Below, in pieces: positions 29,292 through 42,831 of a stretch of DNA of 64,000 bases (its first letter is position 1; the number at the start of each line of letters is the position of its first letter). Made by a program: the position numbers and the translations under genes. This DNA is from Blastocystis sp. Blastoise (taxonomy: Eukaryota; Protista; Bigyra: Opalinata): assembly GCA_039096225.1 (NCBI GenBank), contig JBBPEB010000026.1, forward strand, positions 434,001-498,000, read 5' to 3'. Below the pieces are notes generated by a model. It did not search any database. It saw only the letters and a program-made list of their open reading frames with translations, and had not been told where the DNA came from.

Positions 29292-32200
29292 ATGTCTGAA
29301 CAAAAAGAAATTGACCATAAAACAATCACAACATTCTACGGTGATAAGAACATACCTTGTAGTGTTCCTAGTAGTACAATGTAATTGTTATTTACTTCTT
29401 CATCTCTATTTCTTGCTCTAGATATGATAAACATCTTCCACCATTCTCTCTACCACTTGGAATTCCCAAGAGTGTAGATATATCTGAAGAACATCTTGAT
29501 GATGTATGAATTATTTTAATATAAATATATTCTATATATATCTAGGGACTACTTGATGCTGAATCAATATTAGATAAGTTCATAGATGATCTAAATGTGA
29601 ATATTGATGTACCTGAACCAGATCTTACCCCTCTTCCACAATTGGAATTGACTACATGTATAGAACAAATTCCATTGGATATTGGAAGTAAATCCAAACA
29701 CATTATAGGTAAATTATTGAAATATTATATTATTCTTATTTTTATTTATTATTATTTTTAGGAGGTGAAACAGATGGATTTCCTTTGTCTTCTACAATTC
29801 AGGAATATACGCTTTCTTCAGCTAGCGAAACTAATAATATGTCATTTACAAGACAACTGAATAATGAAGAAAATGTATATATATATATAATGTAAAATTC
29901 TTTGTTTTTCAATATATGTTGTTCCCTATATATTCTTTGATATATTTATAGGTAATGGGTAATATTAATAGTGTTCCTTTCCTTCCTGGTGGTTTATCTG
30001 TAGAACTGAAACCGGAGAACCATAAGCGAATCAGTAAAGAGGAATTAGGAACAGTATTACAGTCTACTATTTCTCAAGGAGAGTTACAAAGTATATTAGT
30101 ATAGTTATTATTTTATATATTGTTATTATTATTATATATATATGAATATCATTATTTTGTAAATTATTCTTTCTGATTCACTATTAGTATAGTCAATATT
30201 ACTATTATATATATATATAGATTTATTGTTGAATGTTCCAACTACTGAGACTCCTTTCTGTGATATACAACAACAGTCAGAAGATACTCTTCATCTTCAT
30301 TGTATGCTATATATATATTATATATTACATATTATGTATTATGTATTATTTATATATAATATATAAACAATCTTTAGTTAAAGATGATAATTATTCGGAT
30401 TCCTCTTTCTTTAAATCCCTCCAAAATGGAAATCAAACTACAACTATTCCCGCCAATACATATGCATCATATGCTGATATCTATTCTTCTATTAAACAAA
30501 ATGTATATAATAATAATATATAATATATATAATAGTTATAATATAATAGTATATAATATAATATAATATAATATAATATATAATATAATTTATAATATAA
30601 TTTATAATATAATATAACAATAAATAGGTAAAAACGACATCTATATATGACTTTGCTTCCGATTTCTTTGATGACACTCCTTCTACTTATATATATAATA
30701 AGAAGGATACAACTTCTTCTATTGATTCTATTTTTGACAATTCTCCTGAGAATAACCACGGGGAAGAGAGTGATTTATCTAGTGTTCATGGTAATTCTCA
30801 AGAAACAGAAGATAAAGAAGATGTAAGTATGCTTGATTCCTTTATTTCTCCTTCTATACCTATTCCTTCACACTCTATTCATGAAAACTCTATTCAATCC
30901 TCTAATAATAATAATAATAATAATAATAGTGATAGTGATACTGACAGTGATAGTGATAATGATAATGATGTTTTAACTCCTGAGAATAAACAGAATATTA
31001 TAAATGAAAGTAGACAATTAATAAAAGAAGCAGATAAACATATACTTCCTCTATCTGATTCTAAACTTTCTATTTCAAATACACTCACATGGTGTATTAC
31101 AGATACTCAGAATGTGAATAATATGAATCTACTGATCCCTCACATGGCGTTAACATTCCCCTTCGAACTGGATACTTTTCAGAAACGTGCTATTTATCGA
31201 GTAGAAAGAGGAGAAAGTGTTTATGTTTGTGCTCATACTTCCGCGGGGAAAACTGTCGTTGCTGAATATGCTATTGCTCTTTGTAAGAAACATATGACAA
31301 AATGTATTTATACAAGTCCTATAAAAGCTTTAAGTAATCAGAAATATCGTGATTTTAAAGAGAAATTTGGTGATGTGGGTATAATGACAGGAGATGTGAG
31401 TATAAATCCTAAAGCCAGTTGTCTTATTATGACTACAGAGATCTTAAGAAGCATGCTTTACCGCGGGGCGGATATTATTCGTGATATTGAAGTTATTGTA
31501 TTTGATGAAGCTCATTATATTAATAATGATGATAGAGGTGTTGTTTGGGAGGAAACTATTATTATGTTACCCAATACGGTTAATACTGTATTCCTTAGTG
31601 CTACTACTCCTAATGCTAAAGATATATGTGATTGGATAGGTAGAGTAAAGAAGAGAAAAGTCTATGTAGAAGAAACGAGTCAACGACCTGTACCTTTAGA
31701 ACATCACGTATTCTTTAATAATAAAGATGTTGTGGTATATATATATATATATATATATTGGTATTCATTAATATACTATTCTATTATATATATATATATG
31801 TTTTTATTTATTATATTTTATTTATGCTATGTGTTATACATTTATATTTATTATATTCATTAACTTATATTATGTGCTTTATTTATATTGTGAATGTAAT
31901 AATAATAATAATATATATATATATATAGATGTTGACTCCAGAAGGGAATTTCTTGGAGAATAATTATAAACAGTTATTTAAATCAGCCGATGATAAGGCA
32001 AAAATGATCGTTGATAACCCTCAACAAAGTATATATATACATATGTGATTTGATACTATATAATAATATATATATTTATTTTATTTGAAATATTTATATT
32101 TTGTGGTATTATATATATATATATATATATAAATATATATATATAGTGCGTGTGGCTATTTCAAAAGAAGAATTAAATTCATTTATTAATCGACTTCTTA

Positions 32201-32412
32201 AATCTGATAATATTCCTGCAGTTTTCTTTATTTTTAGTCGTAAATCCTGTAATGAGCTTGCTCAAAAAGCAGGTGGAAATTCATTAATAACCGCGGAAGA
32301 GTCGGGTAAAATCAGGGTATTTATAGATTCATGTTTAAAGCGATTAAAGAAAGAAGATCAAGAATTACCACAAGTATATATATATATATGCTATTATTAT
32401 GATTATTATATA

Positions 32413-32446
<34 letters not shown>

Positions 32447-34166
32447 TGCGATACTATTATTATTATTATATATAGATTAAGACTGTGTCTCAATTGCTGT
32501 TAAATGGTGTGGGGGTTCATCACGCGGGTCTCCTTCCTATTCTCAAAGAAATGGTCGAATTATTATTTGCTAATAATTATCTTAAAGTATTATTTGCTAC
32601 TGAAACTTTTGCTATGGGTGTAAACATGCCTGCGAAATGTGTAGTATACCCACAAATCATTAAATTTGATGGAATGGACTTCAGATATCTTAAAGCTGAT
32701 GAGTATATATATATATAATAGTTCATTATATATATATATATAATACTATTATTACAATCTTTATTTATACCTCCCCATCTATGCTTATTTCCCCTTCTTT
32801 TAGATACACACAGATGTCCGGTCGTGCCGGTAGAAGAGGCCTCGATGTCAAGGGAACCGTTATTCAGGCGTATTTCAAGAAAATACCAACAGTTCAGGTA
32901 TATTTATATATAATTATTTTCTTCTGTATATAACATTCTTATGTATATATATATATATATATAGAAGATTAAAGGTGTAATGGTAGGAATTCCCACGAAA
33001 ATAGAATCGAAATTTCGTCTTACATATAGTATGCTTCTGAACTTACTTCGTTTTCAGGATATTTCAGTCGAAGAAATGATTGAACGATCATTCAGTGAAG
33101 TGAAAACACTTCGGGAACGAGAAAAATATGATTTCCCCACGGTAATTCTACATTATATATATATATATATACTCTTTTAAGTTTTTAGTTATGATCATAT
33201 ATATAATAATATTATTATATTCGAGTTATTTATATTTTGAAAGTTATTTGAAATATAAATAGTGTTATATAAATATTATTTATATTTTTAGTTGTTGAAT
33301 CAACTTAAAACAAAACGTCGTGACCTCACGTGCTATTTAGATGATTGTGTTTATGGTGGTAACAATGATATTGAAGACTTTTACAAAGATTATCGCAGTA
33401 AACGTGACTTATTAAATAACGTTATTACTACAATTATTCGCGGGGAAAATGGATCTACTTTTGTGAAGAAAGGTCGTATCCTCTATATTCTATATACATT
33501 CAATGATGTATATATATATATATATAATATAATATAATATAATATAATATAATATAATAGTATATAATAGTATATAATATAATTTAATAGTATATAATAG
33601 TATATAATATAATATAATATATATGCTTAAAAACATCTTATTTCCCTCGTTTATTTAGCGCCAATTCTTTGTTCCCTGTTGTGTTAAATCACCATTTGAT
33701 GAGAGTCATAAAACTGAAGTTATTATCTATATTCCCGCGGTAATTATATAATTTGATTAAGATTTTATATTTATTACTTTGTTTTTATGATAAAAATAAT
33801 TCTAAATCTATATATATATATATATATATTATAGGACTTCATTACTAGTAATATTTCTGTTGACGTTATTAATGATGGATTCTATAGTTTAAAGAATGTT
33901 CGATCGAAGACCGTTACAAATATTAATGGATTAAATTTCATTGTTGATATTATACCAGATTCTTCAATTTTATTTGTATCAACTCTTGTATCGTCAATAA
34001 ATGTGTCGAATTTATCATCTATCAATAGTATGCTATCCACGTGCAAATCCCTCTATGACGATCTCTCTAATTATAATGAAGAAGATATTGTTGATATAGA
34101 TAAAAATAAATATATATATAATTATTTTGAAAATGTCAGATCTTATGATCCAAGCTTATATTCAGA

Positions 34167-34233
<67 letters not shown>

Positions 34234-34850
34234 GTATATATTATGTATATATAGATGGCAGAGATATATAGATGTTAATTCGATGATGCGTGACTCAAAG
34301 TGCGTCAATTGTGTTCGTCATCATGAACGAATGAATCTTATGTCTGTAATATATGATATTGATTGTACTATTAATTCTATTAATACAATTCTCTCTACTA
34401 AAGGAATTGAAAATTTCCCTGAATTAGATAATAGATTACGTGTTCTTCGACGATTGGGTTACGTTGACGCGTCGGGTGTCATCACACTCAAAGGACGAAC
34501 AGGGTGCTATTTACAAGATGATAATATATTATTAGTGGAAATGATATTTAATAATGTATTTGATGGTCTGACTCCCGCGGAACTGGCCGCCTGTGTCTCG
34601 GCATTTTGCCTTGATAAGGATAGTGATGATATTACCACAGACCAACGATTATTACAACTACAAAAAGTCATGATTGTATTTATATATATAATATATATAA
34701 TATGTATAATCTATAATATATATATATATATATATATATAGGAGAATGGAAGTGAATTTGCCCGCGTAGAGATTGATGAGGGAATGAATATTGATATAAC
34801 CGAATTCTTAGCTTCAAATCTCCATTGTACTATGATGCAGGTATATATAT

Positions 34851-34940
<90 letters not shown>

Positions 34941-35257
34941 CAACCTATGAATGGTGTCGTGGCCGTTCATTTGCGGATATTACGCGCCTTGTGTCATTTG
35001 ATGAGGGAATCATCGTCAGATGTATGTTAGAACTGGATCAAGCTCTTAAGAAAGTATATATATATTATATATCTTTTATATGTTTTTTCATTTATAAATA
35101 TTATATATGTATCTATTTCATCTATATATAATTATATATATAGTTATGTGATGTTGCTAAGACTATTGGTAATTCTCAATTATATGATACCGCCAATAAT
35201 GCCGCCATTCTTCTTAAGAGAGATATTGTATTCTCACCCTCTCTCTATGTTGTCTAA
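29292..35257 (+). CDS. SKI2: SKI2 (SKIV2L) DExH-box RNA helicase, exosome cofactor
   Basis: N-terminal [87 protein letters not shown], and C-terminal [11 protein letters not shown]. The long N-terminus and YRGAD favour SKI2 over MTR4. Confidence 0.95.
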
Positions 35258-35990
35258 ATAATAACTATTTTTTATATTTTATATATATTTATGTTCTCTT
35301 TTTTTAAAGAATTCTTTCCTTGTATTTTTTATTCTATATATTCCTTTTATACTAATAGTAATATATGTTTGCTTATTATGAATTTTTACACAAATTGTTG
35401 AAATAAAGAGTATATAATATATATATTAACTAAAGAAAAACTTGATAAAACAATATAATATAGATTAATAATAATAAAAAGATTGGCTAACGCACTAAGC
35501 ACATATGACTTTATATTTATGAAGATACCATTAGATGTCGATCACATACTATCATACTCTTCATGTTTATATATAATATATAATTAAATTAAAACTAATA
35601 AGATTTATGTTCACGTTGTGTATGTTTATATTAAATTCTCACTTTAAGAGTTCTTTACAGATTACACAAACAATGTCATTAACAGTAATGATATATAAAA
35701 AAGTAATTATAGATCATTTTTTATATAAAAGTATCATTTTTTAATATTATAATATACATATAAAGTTAGATAAGAATTCTTTATAAAACCATTAATATAT
35801 TATAGATATATTCTTGTAGATTATTTTTTAAAAATAGTTTATATAAAAAAAATGAAAATTAAAAGTTGACTACAAAACAGAGTTGATTATTAGATTTACA
35901 TATAAACAAATAAGGATAACTACACTGAAAACACTTAATTAAAATAGACTTTATTTACATTTCTATTACATATATAATTGAATATATATA

Positions 35991-37685
35991 TTAATATTCT
36001 ACACAGAATTTACCATCACGAATAAAATTAACTGTTTCATTTGTGATTCTATAGAAATAGCTTCTATATCCAATATTAGTATAATAATTATATATTTGAT
36101 CATAATTCATTTTATAAAGTATATTATTAAAATCAGGAAGAGTTATATTTTTATAACTAATATAATTAAATATCTCATCTTTTTGATTATGTGTTTGAAA
36201 TTCATCGTTTGTATGGTCATGATAACGAAACCATTTTCTATAACTTAATGTATTGCATTCTAAATAATTAATAGCACCTAAACCTATATCTTCACCTGTA
36301 TAGTAAGTAGGTTGCTGATATCTCATCACTATTTTGGACATTCTTGGTCTAAAAAATACAATATATGCTGCATGATCAATAATATTATTCTCTATTAATG
36401 TTTTCATATATCTTTGTCCATTCTTTCTTTTCATATTCATTCCTCCATCAATACCATATATAGATTCTTTTTTTGATACATTATATATCATATTTTCTAT
36501 TGTATTTTTATCATCAATATAATAATCATCATCAGTTGTCATTGCAAATGTAGTAGTAAATGTAGAAGCTAAAAATATTTTCATATGAAATTTACTATTC
36601 CAATTACTACACCATATATAATAAGTAGGTATTGTGATGTTTAGAAAAGTATCTATAGGTAACTCTATATAATGAAGATTCTGTAAAATAATAATAATAT
36701 CAGGAACTTTTGTTTGCTTTTTAATAAAATCTAAAACAGTATAAGATTTACTTCGTTTATATACTGGAAGTAATAATGTAAGTGAATGATCATTTTTATT
36801 TTCATTATTATACTTACATGTAAACAGTTGAGGAAGAAGAGGAGGAGGAGTAATAAGCATTTCTTTCCTATATATAACAAATGAATCATAAATCATTTTT
36901 TTATTTTCAATATGAAAGAAATAGGGAATAAAGTACATAATACTCATGAGTTTCTGATTAATAGATGTATAACTAAGTATTTTTCGGATCAATCTTTGTC
37001 TTGTTAATAAGCATGTACTTATTTGAATACTTTCTATATTTGTATCATTATATACTAAAGAAGAACAAGAAAATAAGGTGATTTTATTCTTTTGAATAGA
37101 ATTTATAGTATTAGACAACCAAATAGATGTTAATTTACTTTTTATTTCATCTTGTAATTGATCTTCATCAATATATAAAACATAATCGGATGGATAAAAA
37201 ATAGATAAAAAGAAAGAGAAATTGTCTGTTTGGTCATGATTAGTATATATACAATAAGGAAAGGATATGTCTGAACAAATAGAAGATTTATAGGGAATAG
37301 AATATGACTCTTGTGGAGAATTTGTTTGAATGAGAAATATTTGTTGACGACTGATATTGTGAGAATTCAATGTAGACAATTCAACTGTTCTCTCGGTTAT
37401 CCTTTTTGTTTTAATAACAACTATTAGTGTAGGAAGGGCTGAAGAACTGACGTTCACTTGTTTATTCACATAACGATGATAATAATAGTTTAATTCTCTA
37501 TTTTTGATTTCTATTCTATTTAGAGTATTGAGTTTTGAATAAAGTGAGAAATAAGAAATAAATAAACCATTTAAAAATGTATTAATTGGTGACTTCTTTA
37601 TGATTACTGGGATTATTAATATGATGATGTAGAATACAAACAGTGTACTATAGAATAATATTTGTATATATATGATTAAACACAT
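35991..37685 (-). CDS. Intronless type-II membrane glycosyltransferase (GT-A fold, GT2-like)
   Basis: 564-aa single ORF with an N-terminal hydrophobic anchor, LTLLLPVYKR..KQTKVPDIIIILQN, DxD-like TTDDD and GEDI. A second IDED motif lies in the N-terminal half. Confidence 0.7.
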   Translation of the reverse strand: MCLIIYIQILFYSTLFVFYIIILIIPVIIKKSPINTFLNGLFISYFSLYSKLNTLNRIEIKNRELNYYYHRYVNKQVNVSSSALPTLIVVIKTKRITERTVELSTLNSHNISRQQIFLIQTNSPQESYSIPYKSSICSDISFPYCIYTNHDQTDNFSFFLSIFYPSDYVLYIDEDQLQDEIKSKLTSIWLSNTINSIQKNKITLFSCSSLVYNDTNIESIQISTCLLTRQRLIRKILSYTSINQKLMSIMYFIPYFFHIENKKMIYDSFVIYRKEMLITPPPLLPQLFTCKYNNENKNDHSLTLLLPVYKRSKSYTVLDFIKKQTKVPDIIIILQNLHYIELPIDTFLNITIPTYYIWCSNWNSKFHMKIFLASTFTTTFAMTTDDDYYIDDKNTIENMIYNVSKKESIYGIDGGMNMKRKNGQRYMKTLIENNIIDHAAYIVFFRPRMSKIVMRYQQPTYYTGEDIGLGAINYLECNTLSYRKWFRYHDHTNDEFQTHNQKDEIFNYISYKNITLPDFNNILYKMNYDQIYNYYTNIGYRSYFYRITNETVNFIRDGKFCVEY

Positions 37686-40600
37686 GTTTAGTACGAATTA
37701 TTGAAAATTTTGAATAAACATACTTTTTTTGTATATAATTCATTGCTCAAGATCCTCTGTATGAACTAAAAATATTATAGGTGGAATAAAATAATAACTT
37801 GAATTAAAAAAAATATATATATATAAAAGCTTGTGTTTAACTGTATACTTTTTATGGAAATGTTTCTTATTTGTGGATAACGAGTTTAGGTGACTCACAT
37901 CTCTGAAAAAATACAATTATGATTAACCACCCATTTAAAGGGAAACCATGCACAAAAAACATGGTTATTCATGTTTCTCTTTCATTTATGTATTATATCA
38001 TAATCCTTTGTTTTGATCTGATTTTTATTATAGAATGCATCATTCAAGAATTTGATGGTTAGTATATTATTCAAAATTTGTTTGTTAAAATGAAGACGGC
38101 TATTTTAAAAGAAGTTTACTGTTTTTCGTAATATCATTGACATTATGGTCATTTCTTTCCATTCCTATGCTTGATAAATCAATTCAGAGTATGAATGTAG
38201 TTATAAAAATATGTTTAAGTTTTCTATTTCTCACTTTTCTGCACATAAACGATCTAATTAATGTTTTTTTTTACTAATCATCATATAGAGAGTTCACATA
38301 TCTTATAAGTATCTCTATCTGAGTGAGACAACTAAGACAGCCTCGTTTGAGCAATTCACAAAATTATTGATTTCCACATTTGCAGATAATAGTTAAAGAA
38401 AGAGAGAGTTGTGAATTCTATTATAAAGAATAAACTATTTATTTGTATAACTAAGAGAATATAAATTCATAGTTTATGCTAACACCTAATAATAATCACA
38501 AACTTATTGAAATGTATACTATAAAAAATATAATAACTCATATTAATTATTAAGTAAATTTATTTATTTATTGGAGATAACAAAGAAATAATAAAATGAA
38601 ATAAAAAAAACTAGGTAAATTTGGTTATTCATTAAAATCATTTTATATATATCTATGGAAAACAAATATGGAATCACCTATTGTATATATTTTATTTAAA
38701 CAAAGTTATTATACCTATATATTCTATGGTTTTTAAAATATATTAGTATCATTAATAGTATATCAAATAAAGTTATTCTTATATTTTTCTCATTATAGAT
38801 GTTCTTATTACATATAGGAAAGATAAGTAAGACTAATAGAATAACTTTATTTTTGAGTCTTTTTAGTATCTAAATTCTATATATATAATTGTGGATCTCT
38901 TTTCTTTTCTTTTATTCTGCTTTGATTCGTTATTAGACTCAATATTCAATTACTCTAATTGATGAATTAAAAGGAGAATTGTATTATTAAAGTGAATAAC
39001 AATGTGTTATTTATAAATATTTATTGAAGTATACCTAGAGAGAATGAATACATTGTTATATATATAGTTATTCTTCTGTTGATTTGATGTATTTATACAA
39101 TTTTTCAATTATTGATTTCATCTTTATTGATACTGAATTCTCTTTATATGAGAATAAAGATAACTGCATATATATAGAATAAGAGGATTATCCAGAAAAA
39201 ATTTCCTTTTAGATATTAAGTAGAAGAAAATATATATAGAAATCTATACATAATAATACTTTATTATTTATTAACAAGTAAAAGAGAAGAAGAAATGATA
39301 TCTTTCATTTCCATATATATAGATCATCCATGGTTGATATTAGATAATAAGGAAAAATAGAAGGATAAATAGAATATTCTATTTCTCTTTCTATATAAAA
39401 CAACATATTATTAAAAAATAGGTATACTAGTATTATATACAAGTAATATATACAAACAAATAATATTTGTACAAATTATTCAGCAATCAATAATATCTGC
39501 GTCACTTATTGACATATTAACTTGAAATTCTTGTGTTATTAATTTGGTTCTAATTATTTGTTATAAAACATAACCTATCGATAAATCTCAAATAATTTTC
39601 TTCTTTTTATCATTATTCTTGTGTTGATCTTTTCTTACATGTAGCTTGATTTAATCATTTCAGTTTTCTCCAAAAGAAGGAAACACTTTCTACTAATTAT
39701 AATACAATTAAATAAATAATATAACAATAAAATATACTATTACTAAGAGAACTTCTAGTTCGATCGTCTTAACATGTCTACATGACTTTTCAAACATATG
39801 ATGAACAATTATGACCGAATTGAATTGGCATCCAATAAGAACAGGACCAATATTTGTATTAACTTGTTTACCACACTTAATTTATCTTGTTACGGTGTAT
39901 GGCCGTCCAAATATTTCACTCAATTCGAAAATCCTTATTAATTATCTTCATAAATGTTAGTCTCTTTTACAAAATCATCATCTATATCTATATACATAAG
40001 ATAAAATAGATCTCTGAATATCAAAAACAATTACAAAAGCTGTCTTTCCTATTAATTAGACAAAGAAAAACATTTCCTTTGATTATAAAACACTTCGTCA
40101 ACATTTTTCTCAATAATTCACGAATATCGATATTTTTAAAAATCTGAATGATTGTGTTCTCGATGAGAACACAATCATGCATAGCAGCCAATAAAATAAT
40201 TATATTTCAATGATTAGAAATATTATTTTTTCCCATGATTTTATCATCATATTTTTGTCTGAAAAATTTTCAGCTTTTTCTGTATAAGACATATCGGTCT
40301 GAAATTATCTGAAAAAATAATTCAAATAAATATATATATGTATATATTTATATCTTTTTTGGACATATAAAGTATACATAAATACATATCACACATGATA
40401 TTCCTTGTTGAAGCATTCAGTAGGCAAAACGAATAATAAGGATACTATATAGAAAATGTGTATTAAGGAATAACAGTTTGTTATTCCTACTCCTCCTACT
40501 CCTCCTCCTGCTCTTCCTATATCTTTTCCCATAAGAATTTCTGGTTTTAAAAATGACTCTAGATTCCCTTAGTCATGACGATGTGTCTTGGTGCGTCATC

Positions 40601-40777
40601 TATATTTTCAAAAACATCAAATTCCCGTGGAATTTTTAGTCAAAAATTTATATTTATATATAACTTTGTTAAACTATTAATGTAATGATATACCTCTAAG
40701 ACTATAATAACTTTTAAATAATGGTTAAGACTTTATTGTAGTGGCGAAACAAAAAAAATATTTTCAACTTGTAAAAA

Positions 40778-40787
40778 TGGCGGGAAA
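40778..40787 (-). promoter_or_regulatory. E2F-type site TTTCCCGCCA
   Basis: TGGCGGGAAA on the + strand about 320 bp upstream of the 41100 ATG. Motif match only. Confidence 0.3.
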
Positions 40788-40804
40788 GTTTAGATATACT
40801 TTAT

Positions 40805-40824
40805 AGAACATTCTAGAACATTCT
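40805..40824. promoter_or_regulatory. Perfect four-unit heat-shock element (nGAAnnTTCnnGAAnnTTCn)
   Basis: AGAACATTCTAGAACATTCT about 280 bp upstream of the 41100 ATG. It could also be a plain 10-bp duplication. Confidence 0.4.
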
Positions 40825-41099
40825 ACGTACTGTATATATTTACCACTCTTTTAATTAGGGTATATATATATAATTCTGTCCCGAACAAAGAAATCAAAAC
40901 TAAACAAATCTATTTTTGGGCTTTAAGAAACTAGAATTTAACGGTTATTTGCGGCAAATATTGCCGCCAAATAATATAAATAAAGATATACCAATAAATC
41001 ATATACTAAAAAAGGTGTGGCATCTGTGGAGTAATAAATGAAAAAAGACTTTTCTCATTTTTATTTTATATTTTGAATAAATAAAATATTATTAAAAAA

Positions 41100-41612
41100 A
41101 TGAAAAATGGAAATTTATATGATTTACATGTTGGAAAATGTGTTTTTGAATTTGATTCAGAGACATTAATGTTTTCAACTAAAGTTATGTGCGATGAAAA
41201 GAAAGTAGTTGATGATTTCACTAAATATAGAAGAACCAATGCAAATAAGATATTCCTCAGACAATGGATAAAGGATTATAAAGAAAGAAATCCTGATTAT
41301 GATGCAAAGAATAGCGGAGGCGTACAGCTGATTGATGGTGAAAAAATATGTTTCCCAGCTTGCTTTATTCAGAGAATAAACAACCACTATTTTCTGAGTT
41401 ATGAATTCTTGCTTCATGTAGTTTCTTTTTTTGATCCTTATGTTGGTGCTATTATACAAGATAATAGAGTCTTATTTGAAGAAAATAATTTAAAGCGAAT
41501 TATTGAAGCAGAAAAACAGAATATTAATTCCTCATCAATAAAGTGTGAAGAGCCTGAGTCCAAAAATGTTATCACTAATTATATGAAACCCATAAAAAAA
41601 GAAAAGAATTAG
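41100..41612 (+). CDS. Intronless KilA-N/APSES-like DNA-binding domain protein (divergent)
   Basis: 170 aa. Pattern LYDLHVGKCVFEFDSETLMFSTKVMC..FTKYRRTNANKIFL..YFLSYEFLLHVVSFFDP parallels the KilA-N consensus. Recognised by eye. Confidence 0.55.
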   Translation: MKNGNLYDLHVGKCVFEFDSETLMFSTKVMCDEKKVVDDFTKYRRTNANKIFLRQWIKDYKERNPDYDAKNSGGVQLIDGEKICFPACFIQRINNHYFLSYEFLLHVVSFFDPYVGAIIQDNRVLFEENNLKRIIEAEKQNINSSSIKCEEPESKNVITNYMKPIKKEKN

Positions 41613-42831
41613 ATAAAACAGTATATATTTCAAGATTATCATTTTTTTGCAGTATTTACTTTTTTGTCAAAACTTAATGTACATAGTCTTTTTTTATGTT
41701 TCAGAATATGATTAATTCATTCATATTATATATCAGAATGGCTTTTTATAAATAAAATTTTGTATTTAATCTTCATTTCATATAAATTGTTAAGAATTTT
41801 AAAGAATTGTTATGTTTTACATCACAGAATGTTAAGTAATCATTGACTAACTTGATATTAACATTTCTAATGATTATTTTGATTTTTACTAATTGAAATA
41901 CTTTAGAATTCAATAGAATTCATTTCAATTTAAAAGAAAGAGAATATTATGTATTTTAAAAATATATATATAATATTAAGAATAATTAGTGTTCATAGAT
42001 TAAATATATAAGAAAATAATAACTCTATTTATTTGATATAACAATTCTTTTTACTAATAGAAATATTTTTAATAAGGATTAGTCTTTGTTTGTAGTATTG
42101 TTTTTTTATTATATATATATATATTTATCTTAATTTTATGTATTTTTACTAAATCATCAATATATAGAAATAGTTTCTTATTGTTTTTATTATGTGATTT
42201 GTTTAAAATAGTATATACATATAGGATTCTATTAATAAAAAAATGTATATTTTATTATTATTGGTAATAATGAAAGTATAGATTTGTTATTATTCTCGTC
42301 TTATTGTTTAGTTGAAACTATTTTATTATATTAAAAAATATGAACAACAAATAATTTAAAAACAAGAAAATTATTGTTTTAGGTTAATGCAAAAAATATA
42401 TAGTTTAATTATATATTCATATTTTATGAAATACACTTATGAACTATTTTCAGCCTATTCTATAATTATCTTTGAACTAATTTTGATTATTTAGAATAAG
42501 TTACTGATTTGATTGCACAAAAAGAAGTTTGAATAGATATGAATGAATGAAATAGTTGGACATCATTGTAATATGATCAAGAAACTCTTATTCACCTGTA
42601 ATTACAATAATATATGATAATCTTCAATATGAATAAAAAAATTAAACTTCTAGATTGTTCAATACAAGTATTGAATAGATAGACTACGAGAATCACAATA
42701 ATAACCATAAGGCATGAGATAATGACTAATAAAATGAAAACATCATAATTATAATTTTTTCGAAAATGTTGTCTCAAAAACGTATTTGTGTCATGAAAAA
42801 AATAATTTGTTATTTCTTCAATTATTCAATA

